Source of the DNA: an uncultured Gammaproteobacteria bacterium
GTDB taxonomy: Bacteria; Patescibacteriota; Patescibacteriia; 2-01-FULL-39-33
NCBI GenBank assembly: GCA_964573235.1
Contig: CAZNIV010000002.1
Coordinates: 6,102 to 70,101 of the forward strand
Length of the DNA stretch: 64,000 bases
Direction of reading: 5' to 3'
The notes below the pieces were generated by a model. The model was given only the letters and a program-made list of their open reading frames with translations. It did not search any database and was not told the origin of the DNA. Positions 18,725 to 29,334 of the stretch are shown one piece after another (positions within the stretch are counted from its first letter, which is position 1; the number at the start of each line of letters is the position of its first letter). The translations under genes and the position numbers were made by a program.

Positions 18725-21700
18725 TAAATTACAAAACTAATCAAACGCCCCGGTACAAAAATAATTTTCTTAATTTCCGCTCCAGCTAAATACTGTTTAA
18801 TCCGCTCATCTTTTTTAGCTGCTACCACCGCCTCTGCTTCAGAGATTTCTACCGGCAATTCTAACTTAGCACGCACCTTACCATTAACTTGAATGGCAAA
18901 TTGAGCCGTTTTCTTGCTTACCTTATTAACATCATAAACTGGCCACTTTTCTTGATTAATACTGGCCTTGTAGCCTAAATTCTGCCACAACTCTTCGGAT
19001 AAATGAGGCGCAAATGGCGACAACATCACCGCCTCTGCTTCAGAGATTTCTACCGGCAATTCTAACTTAGCACGCACCTTACCATTAACTTGAATGGCAA
19101 ATTGAGCCGTTTTCTTGCTTACCTTATTAACATCATAAACTGGCCACTTTTCTTGATTAATACTGGCCTTGTAGCCTAAATTCTGCCACAACTCTTCGGA
19201 TAAATGAGGCGCAAATGGCGACAACATCACCAAAAATTGTTCCGACATGTCTTTGGTAAACGCTTTTACCTCTTGAATGCGATTAACTAAAATCATCATC
19301 GTAGAAATAGCGGTATTAAAACCCATTGTTTCAACATCACTACCCACTTTCATCACGGTTTGATTAAACAAGATTTCTGTTTCTTCATCAACTTGTTCCA
19401 CGATTTTTATTTCACCACTAGTATACACCGCCCAAACTTTTTCTAAAAATCTCTTTAAACCTACCATGCCTTTAGTGCTCCAAGGCTTAGCATCTTCTAA
19501 TGGACCCATGAACATTTCATACAATCTAAAAACATCCGCGCCATATTCACGCAAAATATCATCAGGATTAACCACATTGCCACGCGACTTACTCATCTTC
19601 TCGCCATCTTCACCTAAAATCAAACCTTGATTAACTAATTTTACAAACGGTTCTTCTTGAGGTACATAACCTAAGTCAAATAACACCATGTTCCAGAATC
19701 TGGCATACAATAAATGTAACACCGCATGCTCGGCACCGCCCAAATAAACATCTACCGGCAACCAATATTTTAATTTTTCCGCCGAAGCAAATTCATTCGG
19801 ATTTTTAGAATCAATATAGCGCAACCAATACCAAGAAGATCCGGCCCATTGAGGCATAGTATTGGTTTCGCGCTGGGCCTTGCCACCACAAACTGGGCAT
19901 TTTACTTCTACCCATTCTTTAATGTTCACCAATGGTGATTCACCGGTACCTGATGGTTCATATTTTTCTACCATCGGCAAAGTTAATGGCAATTCGGATT
20001 CTGGTACTGGCACAATACCGGTATTTTTGCTACGCAAAACTAGCTCCAATAATTCTGGGGTAACTGGATTATTAAAATGACCAAAACCATGCCAAACTTT
20101 AAACATCCAACCAGCTGGAATATTCTCATGCGTCTTACGACTAATCCACGGATCATCGTCAGACAAAATAATATTTTTATCCTCCACTAAATTGCTCACT
20201 TTTTCCCAACTAAAATCTGTTTCCCAAATTTTCTTCAATGATTCAACGTCGGAATTTGGCCATTGCTCTTTAAGCCACTGCCAATCGCGCTCGTTACGCT
20301 CACCAATTGCCGAGGCAATCAAATAAACATGGCCGATTTTTTTATTCGCCTGCTCAATTAAATGTAACGCCGCCTTACTACCCAGACTGTGGCCAATAAC
20401 CACATCATTAGCGCCCATTTTTTGCATATAAGGCTCAAGCGCCTTTAACCAATCAGCTAAAACCGGGTGCTCGCTATTTGGCATATCAGGCGCAAATACC
20501 TCATAGCCATTCTTTTCTAATTCCTGCTTTAAATATGGAAACCAGTTATTACTACCATTGCCCTCAAAACCATGAATCAACAACGCTTTTTGTTTTTGTT
20601 TTTTGCAATAATCACAATGAATTAACGGCATCGGTTCACCCCAATAACGCTGGCGAGAAAATACCCAGTCACGCAATTTATAGTTAACTGCCATCTTGCC
20701 TAAGTTATTAGCTTCTAGCCAGGTAATCATTTTTTTGATGGCATCTTTAGGCAATAACCCATTTAAAAAATCAGAATTAACCATTTTACCAGAGTCAATA
20801 TCCGTAAAGGCTTCGTTGGTAATATCGCCACCGCTAATTACCTCAATAATTGGCAAATCAAATTTCTTCGCAAAAGCATAATCGCGTTCATCATGCGCCG
20901 GCACTGCCATAATCGCGCCCGTACCGTAAGTACTCAAAACATAATCCGAAATCCAAATAGGAATCTCGGTATCATTGACCGGATTAATCGCTTTTATACC
21001 CTCAAGTTCTACGCCAGTCTTATCTTTATTTAATTCTGTACGCTCTAAATCAGATTTATTTTTAGCTTCCGTCGCATACCTAGTTACTTCGGCAAAATTA
21101 GTAATTTTATCTTTTAATTTTTGCACTAATTCATGCTCTGGTGATAACACCATATAAGTCGCACCAAACAAAGTATCTGGGCGAGTGGTATAAACCACGA
21201 TATCAGCCAACTCATCACCATCTTGCGCTACTTTAAAAGTCACTTCGGCGCCTTCACTGCGACCAATCCAATTACGTTGCAAGGTTTTGATTGATTCCGG
21301 CCAATTCATTTGCTCTAAACCACTCAATAAGCGATCGGCATAAGCAGTAATGCGTAACATCCATTGGCGCAAGTTCTTTCTTTCTACGACCGTGCCACAA
21401 CGCTCACATTTGCCATTAACCACCTCTTCGTTGGCCAAGCCAGTTTTACAAGATGGGCAGAAATTAATTGGCACAAAAGCTTCATATGCCAAACCTTTTT
21501 TAAATAACTGTAAAAAAATCCATTGCGTCCATTTATAATATTCCGGATCGGTCGTATCTACTTCACGCTCCCAATCATAAGAAAAACCCAAACTCTTAAT
21601 TTGCTTTCTGAAAGTATTAACATTGCTTTGAGTAGTCACACTCGGATGTGTACCAGTTTTAATCGCATAATTTTCTGCTGGTAAACCAAAAGCGTCCCAA

Positions 21701-21936
21701 CCCATCGGATGTAAAACATTAAACCCCTTTAATCTCCAATAACGAGAAAAAATATCGGTCGCTGTATAACCTTCTGGATGACCAACATGCAAACCCATAC
21801 CTGATGGATAAGGAAACATATCCAAAATATATTTCTTGGGTTTGGTGGAAAAATCTTCAGCTTTAAAAGTTTTATTATCTTCCCAGAACTTCTGCCATTT
21901 TGGCTCAATTTCACTAGGGTTATACTTAGCGTTCAT
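18724..21936 (-). CDS. leuS: Leucine--tRNA ligase with inserted alpha/beta-hydrolase domain and duplicated C-terminal segment
   Basis: MFPYPSG-LHVGH (HIGH motif), TTRPDT editing domain, KMSKS, QVNGKVR. Confidence 0.97.
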   Translation of the reverse strand: MNAKYNPSEIEPKWQKFWEDNKTFKAEDFSTKPKKYILDMFPYPSGMGLHVGHPEGYTATDIFSRYWRLKGFNVLHPMGWDAFGLPAENYAIKTGTHPSVTTQSNVNTFRKQIKSLGFSYDWEREVDTTDPEYYKWTQWIFLQLFKKGLAYEAFVPINFCPSCKTGLANEEVVNGKCERCGTVVERKNLRQWMLRITAYADRLLSGLEQMNWPESIKTLQRNWIGRSEGAEVTFKVAQDGDELADIVVYTTRPDTLFGATYMVLSPEHELVQKLKDKITNFAEVTRYATEAKNKSDLERTELNKDKTGVELEGIKAINPVNDTEIPIWISDYVLSTYGTGAIMAVPAHDERDYAFAKKFDLPIIEVISGGDITNEAFTDIDSGKMVNSDFLNGLLPKDAIKKMITWLEANNLGKMAVNYKLRDWVFSRQRYWGEPMPLIHCDYCKKQKQKALLIHGFEGNGSNNWFPYLKQELEKNGYEVFAPDMPNSEHPVLADWLKALEPYMQKMGANDVVIGHSLGSKAALHLIEQANKKIGHVYLIASAIGERNERDWQWLKEQWPNSDVESLKKIWETDFSWEKVSNLVEDKNIILSDDDPWISRKTHENIPAGWMFKVWHGFGHFNNPVTPELLELVLRSKNTGIVPVPESELPLTLPMVEKYEPSGTGESPLVNIKEWVEVKCPVCGGKAQRETNTMPQWAGSSWYWLRYIDSKNPNEFASAEKLKYWLPVDVYLGGAEHAVLHLLYARFWNMVLFDLGYVPQEEPFVKLVNQGLILGEDGEKMSKSRGNVVNPDDILREYGADVFRLYEMFMGPLEDAKPWSTKGMVGLKRFLEKVWAVYTSGEIKIVEQVDEETEILFNQTVMKVGSDVETMGFNTAISTMMILVNRIQEVKAFTKDMSEQFLVMLSPFAPHLSEELWQNLGYKASINQEKWPVYDVNKVSKKTAQFAIQVNGKVRAKLELPVEISEAEAVMLSPFAPHLSEELWQNLGYKASINQEKWPVYDVNKVSKKTAQFAIQVNGKVRAKLELPVEISEAEAVVAAKKDERIKQYLAGAEIKKIIFVPGRLISFVI
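18826..19231. repeat. Exact 201-bp tandem duplication inside leuS (67 codons, in frame)
   Basis: 18826-19026 is identical to 19027-19227, with CACC microhomology at the junctions. Confidence 0.95.
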
Positions 21937-22022
21937 AAACGGGCGATAAATATGATTTAAACAAGGTTAATTTAACATAAAATTGGGTTTTTTTCAATTA
22001 AAACGAAACGAAAGCGCTAGTA

Positions 22023-22110
22023 TTGACAATTTAGCCAAATTAAACTAAGATATTCCTCACGTACATTACAGCGAATTAACGCCAACCAACCGGAAAGGAT
22101 ACATGAGTGT
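22023..22110 (+). promoter_or_regulatory. Cassette leader 1: sigma70 promoter + boxA-like element + CAACC tract + SD
   Basis: TTGACA(22023)-17-TAAGAT(22046); CGTACATTACA(22060); GCCAACCAACCGGAAAGGA. Confidence 0.7.
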
Positions 22111-22491
22111 ATGTGTAAAAACGCACTTTTGTTTCTCTTTTCCCTGATTCTGATTTTTTCGTGGTTTTCTGCGGTAATTGCGACAAAAGTGATTCCGAGC
22201 CAATCCGGCACTGTCACTTTCGTTCAATCCAGCGACCACGAGCTGAAATTTACCCCGTATTTTCCCAAATCGGAGCGTGACCCTCAACCGTCACTCGCCG
22301 TTTTGCCAGAAGAACCGGTAAAAATCAACAAAATCAGACACCTTCCACCAAGCAAAATCGCGTACAAAGCGAAAACTTGGGCGGATGAAAACAGGGAAAT
22401 TCCAGGGTTTTTGACTCTGCCGGGCCCGGCACGCAACAAAGATCCGTGTTGCCAAGAGGCACGGAAACTTGTAGTCTCGACACGGACCTAG
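22111..22491 (+). CDS. Orphan cassette protein with N-terminal signal/TM segment (126 aa)
   Basis: ORF between its own promoter and terminator; hydrophobic N-terminus; GC-richer than the backbone. Confidence 0.65.
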   Translation: MCKNALLFLFSLILIFSWFSAVIATKVIPSQSGTVTFVQSSDHELKFTPYFPKSERDPQPSLAVLPEEPVKINKIRHLPPSKIAYKAKTWADENREIPGFLTLPGPARNKDPCCQEARKLVVSTRT

Positions 22492-22520
22492 CAGAGAAAA
22501 ACAAGAGTCTGTGCCTCTCC

Positions 22521-22544
22521 AGCGCCATAACATGGCGCTTTTTT
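22521..22544 (+). terminator. Intrinsic terminator
   Basis: AGCGCCAT-AAC-ATGGCGCT followed by a T run. Confidence 0.85.
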
Positions 22545-22591
22545 ATTTGTCTAAATTTAAACAATTTAATTGATTTTAAAACCAAAATATA

Positions 22592-22663
22592 TTGACAACA
22601 TAACTTTTATGTGGTATAATACAGAAGTCGTACATTTAACCGCAACCTCAACTGGAGGATCTC
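22592..22663 (+). promoter_or_regulatory. Cassette leader 2: consensus sigma70 promoter + boxA-like element + SD
   Basis: TTGACA(22592)-17-TATAAT(22615) with extended TG; CGTACATTTAAC(22629); CAACCTCAACTGGAGGA before ATG 22664. Confidence 0.85.
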
Positions 22664-22768
22664 ATGAAAGACCTCGTCTTTGTGCTGGCCGTCGGAGTGA
22701 TCTTCGTTTTCATCAAAATCATGAAAGTGCTCCTTGGTGAAAACAAGCAGGCGAAAAAACCCGCTTGA
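22664..22768 (+). CDS. 34-aa single-TM small protein (MKDLVFVLAVGVIFVFIKIMKVLLGENKQAKKPA)
   Basis: Below the ORF-track cutoff. Has a perfect promoter, GGAGGA SD, a hydrophobic helix with basic tail, and its own terminator. Confidence 0.75.
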   Translation: MKDLVFVLAVGVIFVFIKIMKVLLGENKQAKKPA

Positions 22769-22791
22769 ACACCTCAACCGCCACCACAACC

Positions 22792-22822
22792 AAAAGGCCC
22801 CCGCTGATCACGGAGGCCTTTT
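22792..22822 (+). terminator. Intrinsic terminator, likely bidirectional
   Basis: AAAAGGCCCCCG-CTGATCA-CGGAGGCCTTTT. Confidence 0.75.
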
Positions 22823-22867
22823 AACTTTTATCCTATTTTATAATGTAATATATAAAATTTAGCAAAA

Positions 22868-23266
22868 CTATTTAACAATATAACTACATTTATTCTCGCT
22901 GCAAATAGCACTCAACTTATCCGATGCATCATCTAAATAATATTGGCACACACCACACGCGATACCATTTTCACATTTCTTTCTCTCTAAAGAATCCCAA
23001 TAAGTAACATACTTTTTATTTATTACCTCCAGACAACCACAGCACTCTTTAGAATCAGCGAATGCGCAATCTTCCTTAGTAACACAAGAAAGCAACTCTT
23101 CGCGATCTTTTGGTATCAAATAACCCACGGGCACTTTAGATGAATCTATTTGCTTGCCAGTCATTTGAGTGGGGATACCATTATTTATTATTAAAAAATA
23201 AGTAATCACACCGACTAAAACAATAATAATAGCGCTCAAAATTAAAACTAAACTTTTTTGCTTCAT
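22868..23266 (-). CDS. Small membrane-anchored Cys-rich protein
   Basis: N-terminal TM helix and 10 Cys. AT-rich and SD-less like the backbone genes. Confidence 0.8.
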   Translation of the reverse strand: MKQKSLVLILSAIIIVLVGVITYFLIINNGIPTQMTGKQIDSSKVPVGYLIPKDREELLSCVTKEDCAFADSKECCGCLEVINKKYVTYWDSLERKKCENGIACGVCQYYLDDASDKLSAICSENKCSYIVK

Positions 23267-23334
23267 ATTTTTATTGATTTATAAATTATTATGTTCTCTT
23301 TATTTGAACTATTTTGATATCCAAATTTTATTCC

Positions 23335-26187
23335 CTACTTTATACTCAATAATTTCTTTAAATACTGACCGGTATAACTATCCTTAACTTTCGCCACATC
23401 CATTGGTGTACCCGAAGCTACTAACTTACCACCAGCCACGCCACCTTCGGGACCTAAATCAATAATCCAATCCGCCGCCTTAATCACATCTAAATTATGT
23501 TCGATCACTAAAATTGAATTACCTTTATCCACCAAGCGATGTAACACTTGCAACAAACGACTAATATCATCAAAATGTAAACCGGTCGTTGGCTCATCCA
23601 AAATATATAAGGTCTTACCTGTTGGACGACGAGATAACTCGGTCGCCAACTTAACTCTTTGCGCTTCACCACCAGATAAAGTAGTCGCACTTTGGCCTAA
23701 ACGCAAGTAACCCAAGCCCACCTCTTCTAAAATCGATAATTTATCAATTACCTGAGGCTCATCAGCAAAAAACTTCTTCGCTTCCGCCACCGACATATCC
23801 AAAACATCGGCAATATTTTTATCTTTATAATGAATTTCTAAGGCATCCTGATTATAGCGCTTGCCATGACATGCTTCACACTCGACAAATACATCAGGCA
23901 AAAATTGCATTTCAATTTTTACATAACCATCGCCGGAACAATTTTCACAACGGCCACCACCTTTAACATTAAAGCTAAAATGACCTTGTTTAAAACCACG
24001 CATTTTACTTTCTGGTAACTCAGCATACAAATCACGAATGTAAGTGAATACACCAGTATAAGTGGCAGGATTAGAGCGAGGAGTGCGACCAATTGGCGAC
24101 TGATCAATGTCAATTACCTTGTCTAAATTTTCTAAACCACGCACTTCTTTATGTTTGCCTGGCAAATCACGAGTACGATAAAACCTATTAGACAAAACTT
24201 TAGTTAAAATTTCACTCATTAAGGTAGATTTACCAGAGCCAGAAACGCCCGTGACGCAAACCAATTTACCTAACGGAATTTTAACATCAATATTCTTTAA
24301 ATTATGTTCCGTGGCACCAATAATTTCAATGTTTTTACCATTACCTTGGCGATAAGACTTGGGCAAAGGAATACATTTTTTGCCGGATAAATATTGACCA
24401 GTTAAAGATTTTTTATCATTTTTTACTTCTTCAAAAGTGCCTTCAGAAACTACTTCGCCACCTAAGCTGCCCGCCCCTGGGCCAATATCAATTACATGAT
24501 CAGCTGATTGCATCATTTGTTCATCGTGCTCTACCACAATTACCGAATTGCCCTTATCTCGCAAGCGTTTTAACGCTTCAATTAACTTAGCAGTATCGCG
24601 CGCATGCAAGCCGATTGAAGGTTCATCAAGCACATAAGTAACTGATTCCAAACCGGAACCAATTTGCGTGGCTAATCTAATTCTTTGCGATTCACCACCG
24701 GCTAAAGTATTAGCACTGCGAGACAAAGTTAAATAATTCAAACCGACTTGTTGTAAAAAGATTAAACGCTTATCTACTTCTTTAATAATTTGTTTAGCAA
24801 TCTTGCCTTCACGCGATTCGCTCTTCCACTTTCTAGATAATTCATCAAATAATTTAGCCAAACTATCAATATCCAAATCAGTCATATCAGCAATCGACAA
24901 ATTATTGATTTTAATCGCCAAACTTTCTGGACGCAATTTGCGACCTTGGCAAGTGGGACAGGTAGAAACACGCATGTATTCCTCAAGAGTTTTCTGCATG
25001 TATTCACTCTTGGCTTCTAAATATTTTTCATTCAAAAATTCAATCACGCCCGGAAATTTTACCGTTGTACCTTCAACCACATATTCTTCTTGACCAGTAC
25101 CTTTCATAATCAATTCAAAAACTTTGTCGGATAATTCCGCCACCGGCACATTCAAACTAAATTTATATTTTTTCGCCACCACCTCTAACAACTTCATGTT
25201 GCTATTTTGAGAAGAAAAATTTCTGGACCAAGGCTTAATCGCGCCTTCGGCTAAAGTTAAACGCTTATTGGGAATAATTAATTCCGGATCCGGAATTAAA
25301 CGCGTACCTAAACCACGGCAAGCCGGACAAGCGCCAAAAGAAGAATTAAAAGAAAAAGAATGCGGTTCAATCTCCGGCAAGCTTATGCCACAATTGCGAC
25401 AAACATAATATAAATTAAAATTATGTTCTTGATTAGTTTCTGGCAAAAAGATATTAATAAATCCGTTACCAAAATCCAATGCTAAGTTAATCGTTTTTTC
25501 TAAGCGTTGCCAATTAACATCTTCTACTTTTTTGGCTTTAGTTTCTGAAGTCAGCGTAACAGTATCCACTAAAATTTCAATAGTATGACTAATATTTTTA
25601 TCAATCTCTAATTTTTTTGCTTCCGTAATATTATAAAAATTGCCATCGATGCGTAACAGTTCGTAATTAGCTTTATCGATCGCTTCAATTTGTTTAGTGT
25701 GAGAACCTTTTTTATTCATGACTACTGGCGCCAAGATTTGCATTTTCACGCCTTCCTTCCAGGTAGTAATCGTATCTAAAATTTGCTTTGGAGTTTGACG
25801 CTCTACTTTTTGCCCACATTTATGACAAAATACTTCGCCGATGCGCGCATAAAGCAAGCGCAAATAATCATAAATTTCTGTGACTGTACCCACAGTAGAG
25901 CGTGGATTAACCGAAGATGATTTTTGATCAATGGCAATGGTTGGCGATAAACCATCGATACTATCGACATCTGGCTTATCCATCAAATCTAAAAATTGCT
26001 TAGCATAAGAAGATAAGCTTTCGGCGTAGCGTCTTTGCCCTTCAGCATACAGCGTATCAAAAGCTAACGAAGACTTGCCAGAACCAGACAAACCAGTGAT
26101 AACCACCAATTTATTTTTGGGGATTTCTAGCGAAACATTTTTTAAATTATTAACTCGCGCACCCTTGATCGTGATCTTATCGGTCAT
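23335..26187 (-). CDS. uvrA: Excinuclease ABC subunit A
   Basis: Two ABC ATPase modules ([26 protein letters not shown]) and zinc fingers. Confidence 0.98.
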   Translation of the reverse strand: MTDKITIKGARVNNLKNVSLEIPKNKLVVITGLSGSGKSSLAFDTLYAEGQRRYAESLSSYAKQFLDLMDKPDVDSIDGLSPTIAIDQKSSSVNPRSTVGTVTEIYDYLRLLYARIGEVFCHKCGQKVERQTPKQILDTITTWKEGVKMQILAPVVMNKKGSHTKQIEAIDKANYELLRIDGNFYNITEAKKLEIDKNISHTIEILVDTVTLTSETKAKKVEDVNWQRLEKTINLALDFGNGFINIFLPETNQEHNFNLYYVCRNCGISLPEIEPHSFSFNSSFGACPACRGLGTRLIPDPELIIPNKRLTLAEGAIKPWSRNFSSQNSNMKLLEVVAKKYKFSLNVPVAELSDKVFELIMKGTGQEEYVVEGTTVKFPGVIEFLNEKYLEAKSEYMQKTLEEYMRVSTCPTCQGRKLRPESLAIKINNLSIADMTDLDIDSLAKLFDELSRKWKSESREGKIAKQIIKEVDKRLIFLQQVGLNYLTLSRSANTLAGGESQRIRLATQIGSGLESVTYVLDEPSIGLHARDTAKLIEALKRLRDKGNSVIVVEHDEQMMQSADHVIDIGPGAGSLGGEVVSEGTFEEVKNDKKSLTGQYLSGKKCIPLPKSYRQGNGKNIEIIGATEHNLKNIDVKIPLGKLVCVTGVSGSGKSTLMSEILTKVLSNRFYRTRDLPGKHKEVRGLENLDKVIDIDQSPIGRTPRSNPATYTGVFTYIRDLYAELPESKMRGFKQGHFSFNVKGGGRCENCSGDGYVKIEMQFLPDVFVECEACHGKRYNQDALEIHYKDKNIADVLDMSVAEAKKFFADEPQVIDKLSILEEVGLGYLRLGQSATTLSGGEAQRVKLATELSRRPTGKTLYILDEPTTGLHFDDISRLLQVLHRLVDKGNSILVIEHNLDVIKAADWIIDLGPEGGVAGGKLVASGTPMDVAKVKDSYTGQYLKKLLSIK

Positions 26188-26227
26188 GGGAATAAATTAT
26201 TTATCGCTAATAAAAAAGATAACCCCC

Positions 26228-26256
26228 ATTTTACAATAATAAAGCCACCGTGTCAA
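26228..26256 (-). promoter_or_regulatory. uvrA sigma70 promoter (no boxA, no SD downstream)
   Basis: TTGACA-17-TAAAAT on the minus strand. Confidence 0.65.
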
Positions 26257-26283
26257 ATACCCGTAAAGGTTATTTTGAAAATT

Positions 26284-26353
26284 AAAAAAGGTGCCCCATC
26301 GACTTGTGGTCGACGAGCACCCGTAAACAAGAACTGAGTGGGGAGGAACTCAG
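26284..26353 (-). terminator. Two-hairpin 3' element/terminator of the cassette gene at 26370
   Basis: CTGAG-TTCCTCCCCA-CTCAG, then GGTGCTCGTCGAC-CACAA-GTCGATGGGGCACC-TTTTTT. Confidence 0.75.
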
Positions 26354-26369
26354 CCCCTGCTTCGATATT

Positions 26370-26930
26370 TTATCTGGATTTAACGAGCAATTCTCCGGCT
26401 TTGATGGGTGGGTCTTCTTTGAGCCCTGCATCATGCCGAAAACGCCCATAAATATCAGTGACTTTGGCATCAGTGATATCACTCTGCCCACAACGCTGAC
26501 AGCGACTACTGGCATTTGCTAAATTAATAGCCATTTGCCAATAGCGCTCTTTACTTGCCTCCTCTTGTGCCGTTACCGCCCAAACCTTTTGGCGATTATA
26601 AACAACACAAGCAACAACCACGGCCAACATCATAGCGGTAAACGTCATGCCCACTAAGTGACGATGATGTCGCACCCAGCGCTTGGCTAACACCCAAGTG
26701 ACAACCGTCGGGTAAGCCACCATCAGAGTTAAGACTACCGGCCAAGCCAATAAGTCTTTAAACCGAATCAACGACTGGTTGCACTGAAGCTTTTTTTCGT
26801 TTTGCCGATGATTGCCCCAGCATTTTTGCATGTAATCCAGCTGAGTCGCGCTAACAATATGGTTATCTACGCGATCAGTTGGCACTGTGTCACTGCTCCA
26901 CGGGACAAAGGGGTGACAGATTTTCATCAT
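26370..26930 (-). CDS. Orphan cassette protein with two TM helices and a CxxC (186 aa)
   Basis: ORF with GGAGG SD; hydrophobic segments; CQRC motif. Confidence 0.75.
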   Translation of the reverse strand: MMKICHPFVPWSSDTVPTDRVDNHIVSATQLDYMQKCWGNHRQNEKKLQCNQSLIRFKDLLAWPVVLTLMVAYPTVVTWVLAKRWVRHHRHLVGMTFTAMMLAVVVACVVYNRQKVWAVTAQEEASKERYWQMAINLANASSRCQRCGQSDITDAKVTDIYGRFRHDAGLKEDPPIKAGELLVKSR

Positions 26931-27051
26931 AGAAACATCCTCCTTGGGTTGTGGTTGACTGATAAATTATCATTATATAAACAGCTCTAAGCTGATTGAT
27001 AAGGTACGATAAATAACTCATTAGTATTTCATATTTTACCACTTTTGTCAA
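26931..27051 (-). promoter_or_regulatory. Cassette leader 3
   Basis: TTGACA(27051)-17-AATACT; CGTACCTTATCAA(27008); GTCAACCACAACCCAAGGAGGA before the ATG. Confidence 0.7.
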
Positions 27052-27082
27052 CCCAACTCAAATTTGATATAATAAATATATT

Positions 27083-28462
27083 ATGGAAGATTTTTTAACT
27101 ATCTTAGCGAAACAAAAAAGTTTTTTAGATAAACTGCAAAAAGAGCAGCCGTCTTTATTTACTATTGAACAAATTTTAGATGAAGAAACAACTTTAAAAA
27201 ATATTGGCATCACCACCTTAAGCAATAATCGCCCTGATGGCTATATTAAATTATATCCCCAAGATTTTATTGTGGAAGAGGTTCGTCAAAATGGCACTAT
27301 TAGTGTCATTGAACCAAAAGATGATTTTCCCCTGGCACAAGACGGCAAAAAAACTTTATATTGCAATTTAGTTAAAGCTAATGTTTCTACTATTGATGCC
27401 ATTGCTCGGTTAGCCAAAGCACTTAATCTGGCGCCAGAAAAAATTGGCTATGCTGGTATTAAAGATAATCAAGCTATTACTAGCCAACTAATCGCCTTAC
27501 CTAATATTAACGCTGGTCAAATCACCAGACTAAAAACGGAAAGCTTTTTTTTAACCAACTTTTATTATGGCACCGGCTCACTAAATGTGGCTGATTTAAC
27601 TGGTAATTCATTTACTATTCTAGTGCGTACCAAAGAAAAAATTGATCAGGAGCATTTAAAGCGGGAATTCAAAAAAATAAAAGATAACGGCTTTTTAAAT
27701 TTTTACCAAACTCAACGCTTTGGCACTCCGCGCTTAATTGGCCACCACTTAGGTAAAATGATTTTGCAAGGCAACTATGAGCACGCCATTAAAGCTTTTT
27801 TACTTTACTCCAGTATTCATGATTTAAAATTAGTGCGCATGATTCGCACCGAAGCGCAACAACTTTACGGTTATTGGGATAAAATGAAAAAAGTTTTTGC
27901 TTCTATGCCTGTTACTTTTCAACATGAACTAAAAATCTTATCTCACCTAGAGCAACACCCCCAAGATTTTATTGGTGCTTTACACGCCGTAAAAGATCAA
28001 AGCACTTTATGGATTTATGCTTACCCCAGTTATTTATTTAATTTATTACTTTCCGAGAATCAAAATAATTTACCACCAGAACTGCCTTTACTATTAAATG
28101 ACAATGAAAAAGATATAGCCTTATATCAAAATTATTTAACGCGTGATGGTATTACTAATTTTGCTAAAGCATTAAAACCATTTAAGTTCATTCAGCTTAA
28201 GCGTCGTTTAACGCCAACCCGTGTATATCCTAAAAATATTATGTTTATGTCGACGGATGAGGGTGTGATTTGTCATTTTGATTTGGATAAAGGTTCTTAC
28301 GCTACTTCATTTTTGATGAACTTATTTAAATTATCTAACGGGTTACCTTATCCGGCTTGGACTAAAAAAACACCTTGTGATATTAAAAAATATCTACAAT
28401 TAGGCACTAATGCCGAGGTAGTTAAGAGATTGGGTGATTATATAAAAAGAGAGCAAGTTTAA
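27083..28462 (+). CDS. truD: tRNA pseudouridine(13) synthase TruD/Pus7 family
   Basis: Motifs DFIVEE, YAGIKD (catalytic Asp), GNSFTILVR, NFYQTQRFG, LDKGSYAT. Confidence 0.93.
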   Translation: MEDFLTILAKQKSFLDKLQKEQPSLFTIEQILDEETTLKNIGITTLSNNRPDGYIKLYPQDFIVEEVRQNGTISVIEPKDDFPLAQDGKKTLYCNLVKANVSTIDAIARLAKALNLAPEKIGYAGIKDNQAITSQLIALPNINAGQITRLKTESFFLTNFYYGTGSLNVADLTGNSFTILVRTKEKIDQEHLKREFKKIKDNGFLNFYQTQRFGTPRLIGHHLGKMILQGNYEHAIKAFLLYSSIHDLKLVRMIRTEAQQLYGYWDKMKKVFASMPVTFQHELKILSHLEQHPQDFIGALHAVKDQSTLWIYAYPSYLFNLLLSENQNNLPPELPLLLNDNEKDIALYQNYLTRDGITNFAKALKPFKFIQLKRRLTPTRVYPKNIMFMSTDEGVICHFDLDKGSYATSFLMNLFKLSNGLPYPAWTKKTPCDIKKYLQLGTNAEVVKRLGDYIKREQV

Positions 28463-28479
28463 TTTTAAAATACCATATA

Positions 28480-28550
28480 AAAAGTTTTAGAGCTCCAAAT
28501 CGACATAGTCGACGCGGAGCTCTTGGTTTGTGAGGCTGGGCTTACCTCAG
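28480..28550 (-). terminator. Two-hairpin 3' element of the cassette gene at 28551
   Basis: TGAGG-TAAGCCCAG-CCTCA, then AGAGCTCC-GCG-TCGAC-TAT-GTCGA-TTT-GGAGCTCT. Confidence 0.65.
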
Positions 28551-29135
28551 TTATTTGACGCAGGAGAAATGAACACTGCCCGCGGTGTCCATGGAGATAC
28601 CCATGTGGTTGATCTCCTCCAACTTGTAGCAATCAGCCGTCCGGGAATGGGACGGGTTAATGGTGATCGAGCGATCCGGGTTGTCGAAAACATGGACAAA
28701 CTCGAACACTCGCTCCATGATCGCCTGGATGGCAACTTCCGCCTCCTTGCTCAGCTGAACGGGTTCACCGTCAGCAAAGTTCAGATACAGAAAGCTCATG
28801 TGATCTCCGGCCTTCTTGATGATGTTGGTGCCAATCAGGTTGAACCCGATCGCCTTCATCTCGGCCATAATGCGATCGAACGAAATCATCGTCCAACCCG
28901 TGGGCCCCCAACCAGTGCGGGGCTTGCCGGAATCAGCCTGGCGATTGCCGGCCGCGTCCGTGCGATTGCCACGGAACGCATCCTTGCCAAGCTGCTCGGC
29001 CTGAAACGCGTGATTCTCGATGATCTCGCGCTGTTTGGCCTGACTCAGCACGGCCTTGGCGATACCACCAACCTTGCGAAGCTCTTCAGCGGCGGAGTCG
29101 GCAATACGGACACGAATCAGAATTTTGGTAACCAT
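28551..29135 (-). CDS. Orphan cassette protein (194 aa), paralog family A
   Basis: GC-rich ORF with AGGAG SD and its own promoter. Confidence 0.8.
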   Translation of the reverse strand: MVTKILIRVRIADSAAEELRKVGGIAKAVLSQAKQREIIENHAFQAEQLGKDAFRGNRTDAAGNRQADSGKPRTGWGPTGWTMISFDRIMAEMKAIGFNLIGTNIIKKAGDHMSFLYLNFADGEPVQLSKEAEVAIQAIMERVFEFVHVFDNPDRSITINPSHSRTADCYKLEEINHMGISMDTAGSVHFSCVK

Positions 29136-29242
29136 TTTTTTCTATCTCCTGTTTGTTGGGCATTATTGCCCGTTGTTGATGTACGATACACTTACTTGTA
29201 CAAGTGACCCATTATTATAGCACACATCGCCAAAAATGTCAA
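29136..29242 (-). promoter_or_regulatory. Cassette leader 4
   Basis: TTGACA(29242)-17-TATAAT(29219); palindrome ACTTGTACAAGT; CGTACATCAAC(29185); CCCAACAAACAGGAGA. Confidence 0.85.
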
Positions 29243-29299
29243 TACATTTGACCTTATTTTACCCTATTTTAGCTATTTTAAACCAAATTTAGCCAAAAT

Positions 29300-29323
29300 A
29301 AAAAGCCCCACTTATTGCAGGGC
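29300..29323 (-). terminator. Intrinsic terminator
   Basis: GCCCTGC-AATAA-GTGGGGC-TTTTT. Confidence 0.75.
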
Positions 29324-29334
29324 GTAAAGATTAC

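Noticed and set aside
18826-19231. DGR template/variable repeat pair
   Set aside because: The copies are identical, adjacent and in frame, with no adenine-specific mismatches, and no reverse transcriptase is in the window.
20025-20595. Intein in leuS
   Set aside because: No C/S start, HN end or LAGLIDADG motifs; the insert is a hydrolase fold.
26188-26260. LexA/SOS box upstream of uvrA or recA
   Set aside because: No recognisable shared palindrome; recA appears to be co-transcribed with ftsK and the rodZ-like gene.
28530-29207. 225-aa plus-strand ORF (and similar ones at 49637, 50311, 50890)
   Set aside because: Antisense shadows of cassette genes, with no expression signals on that strand.
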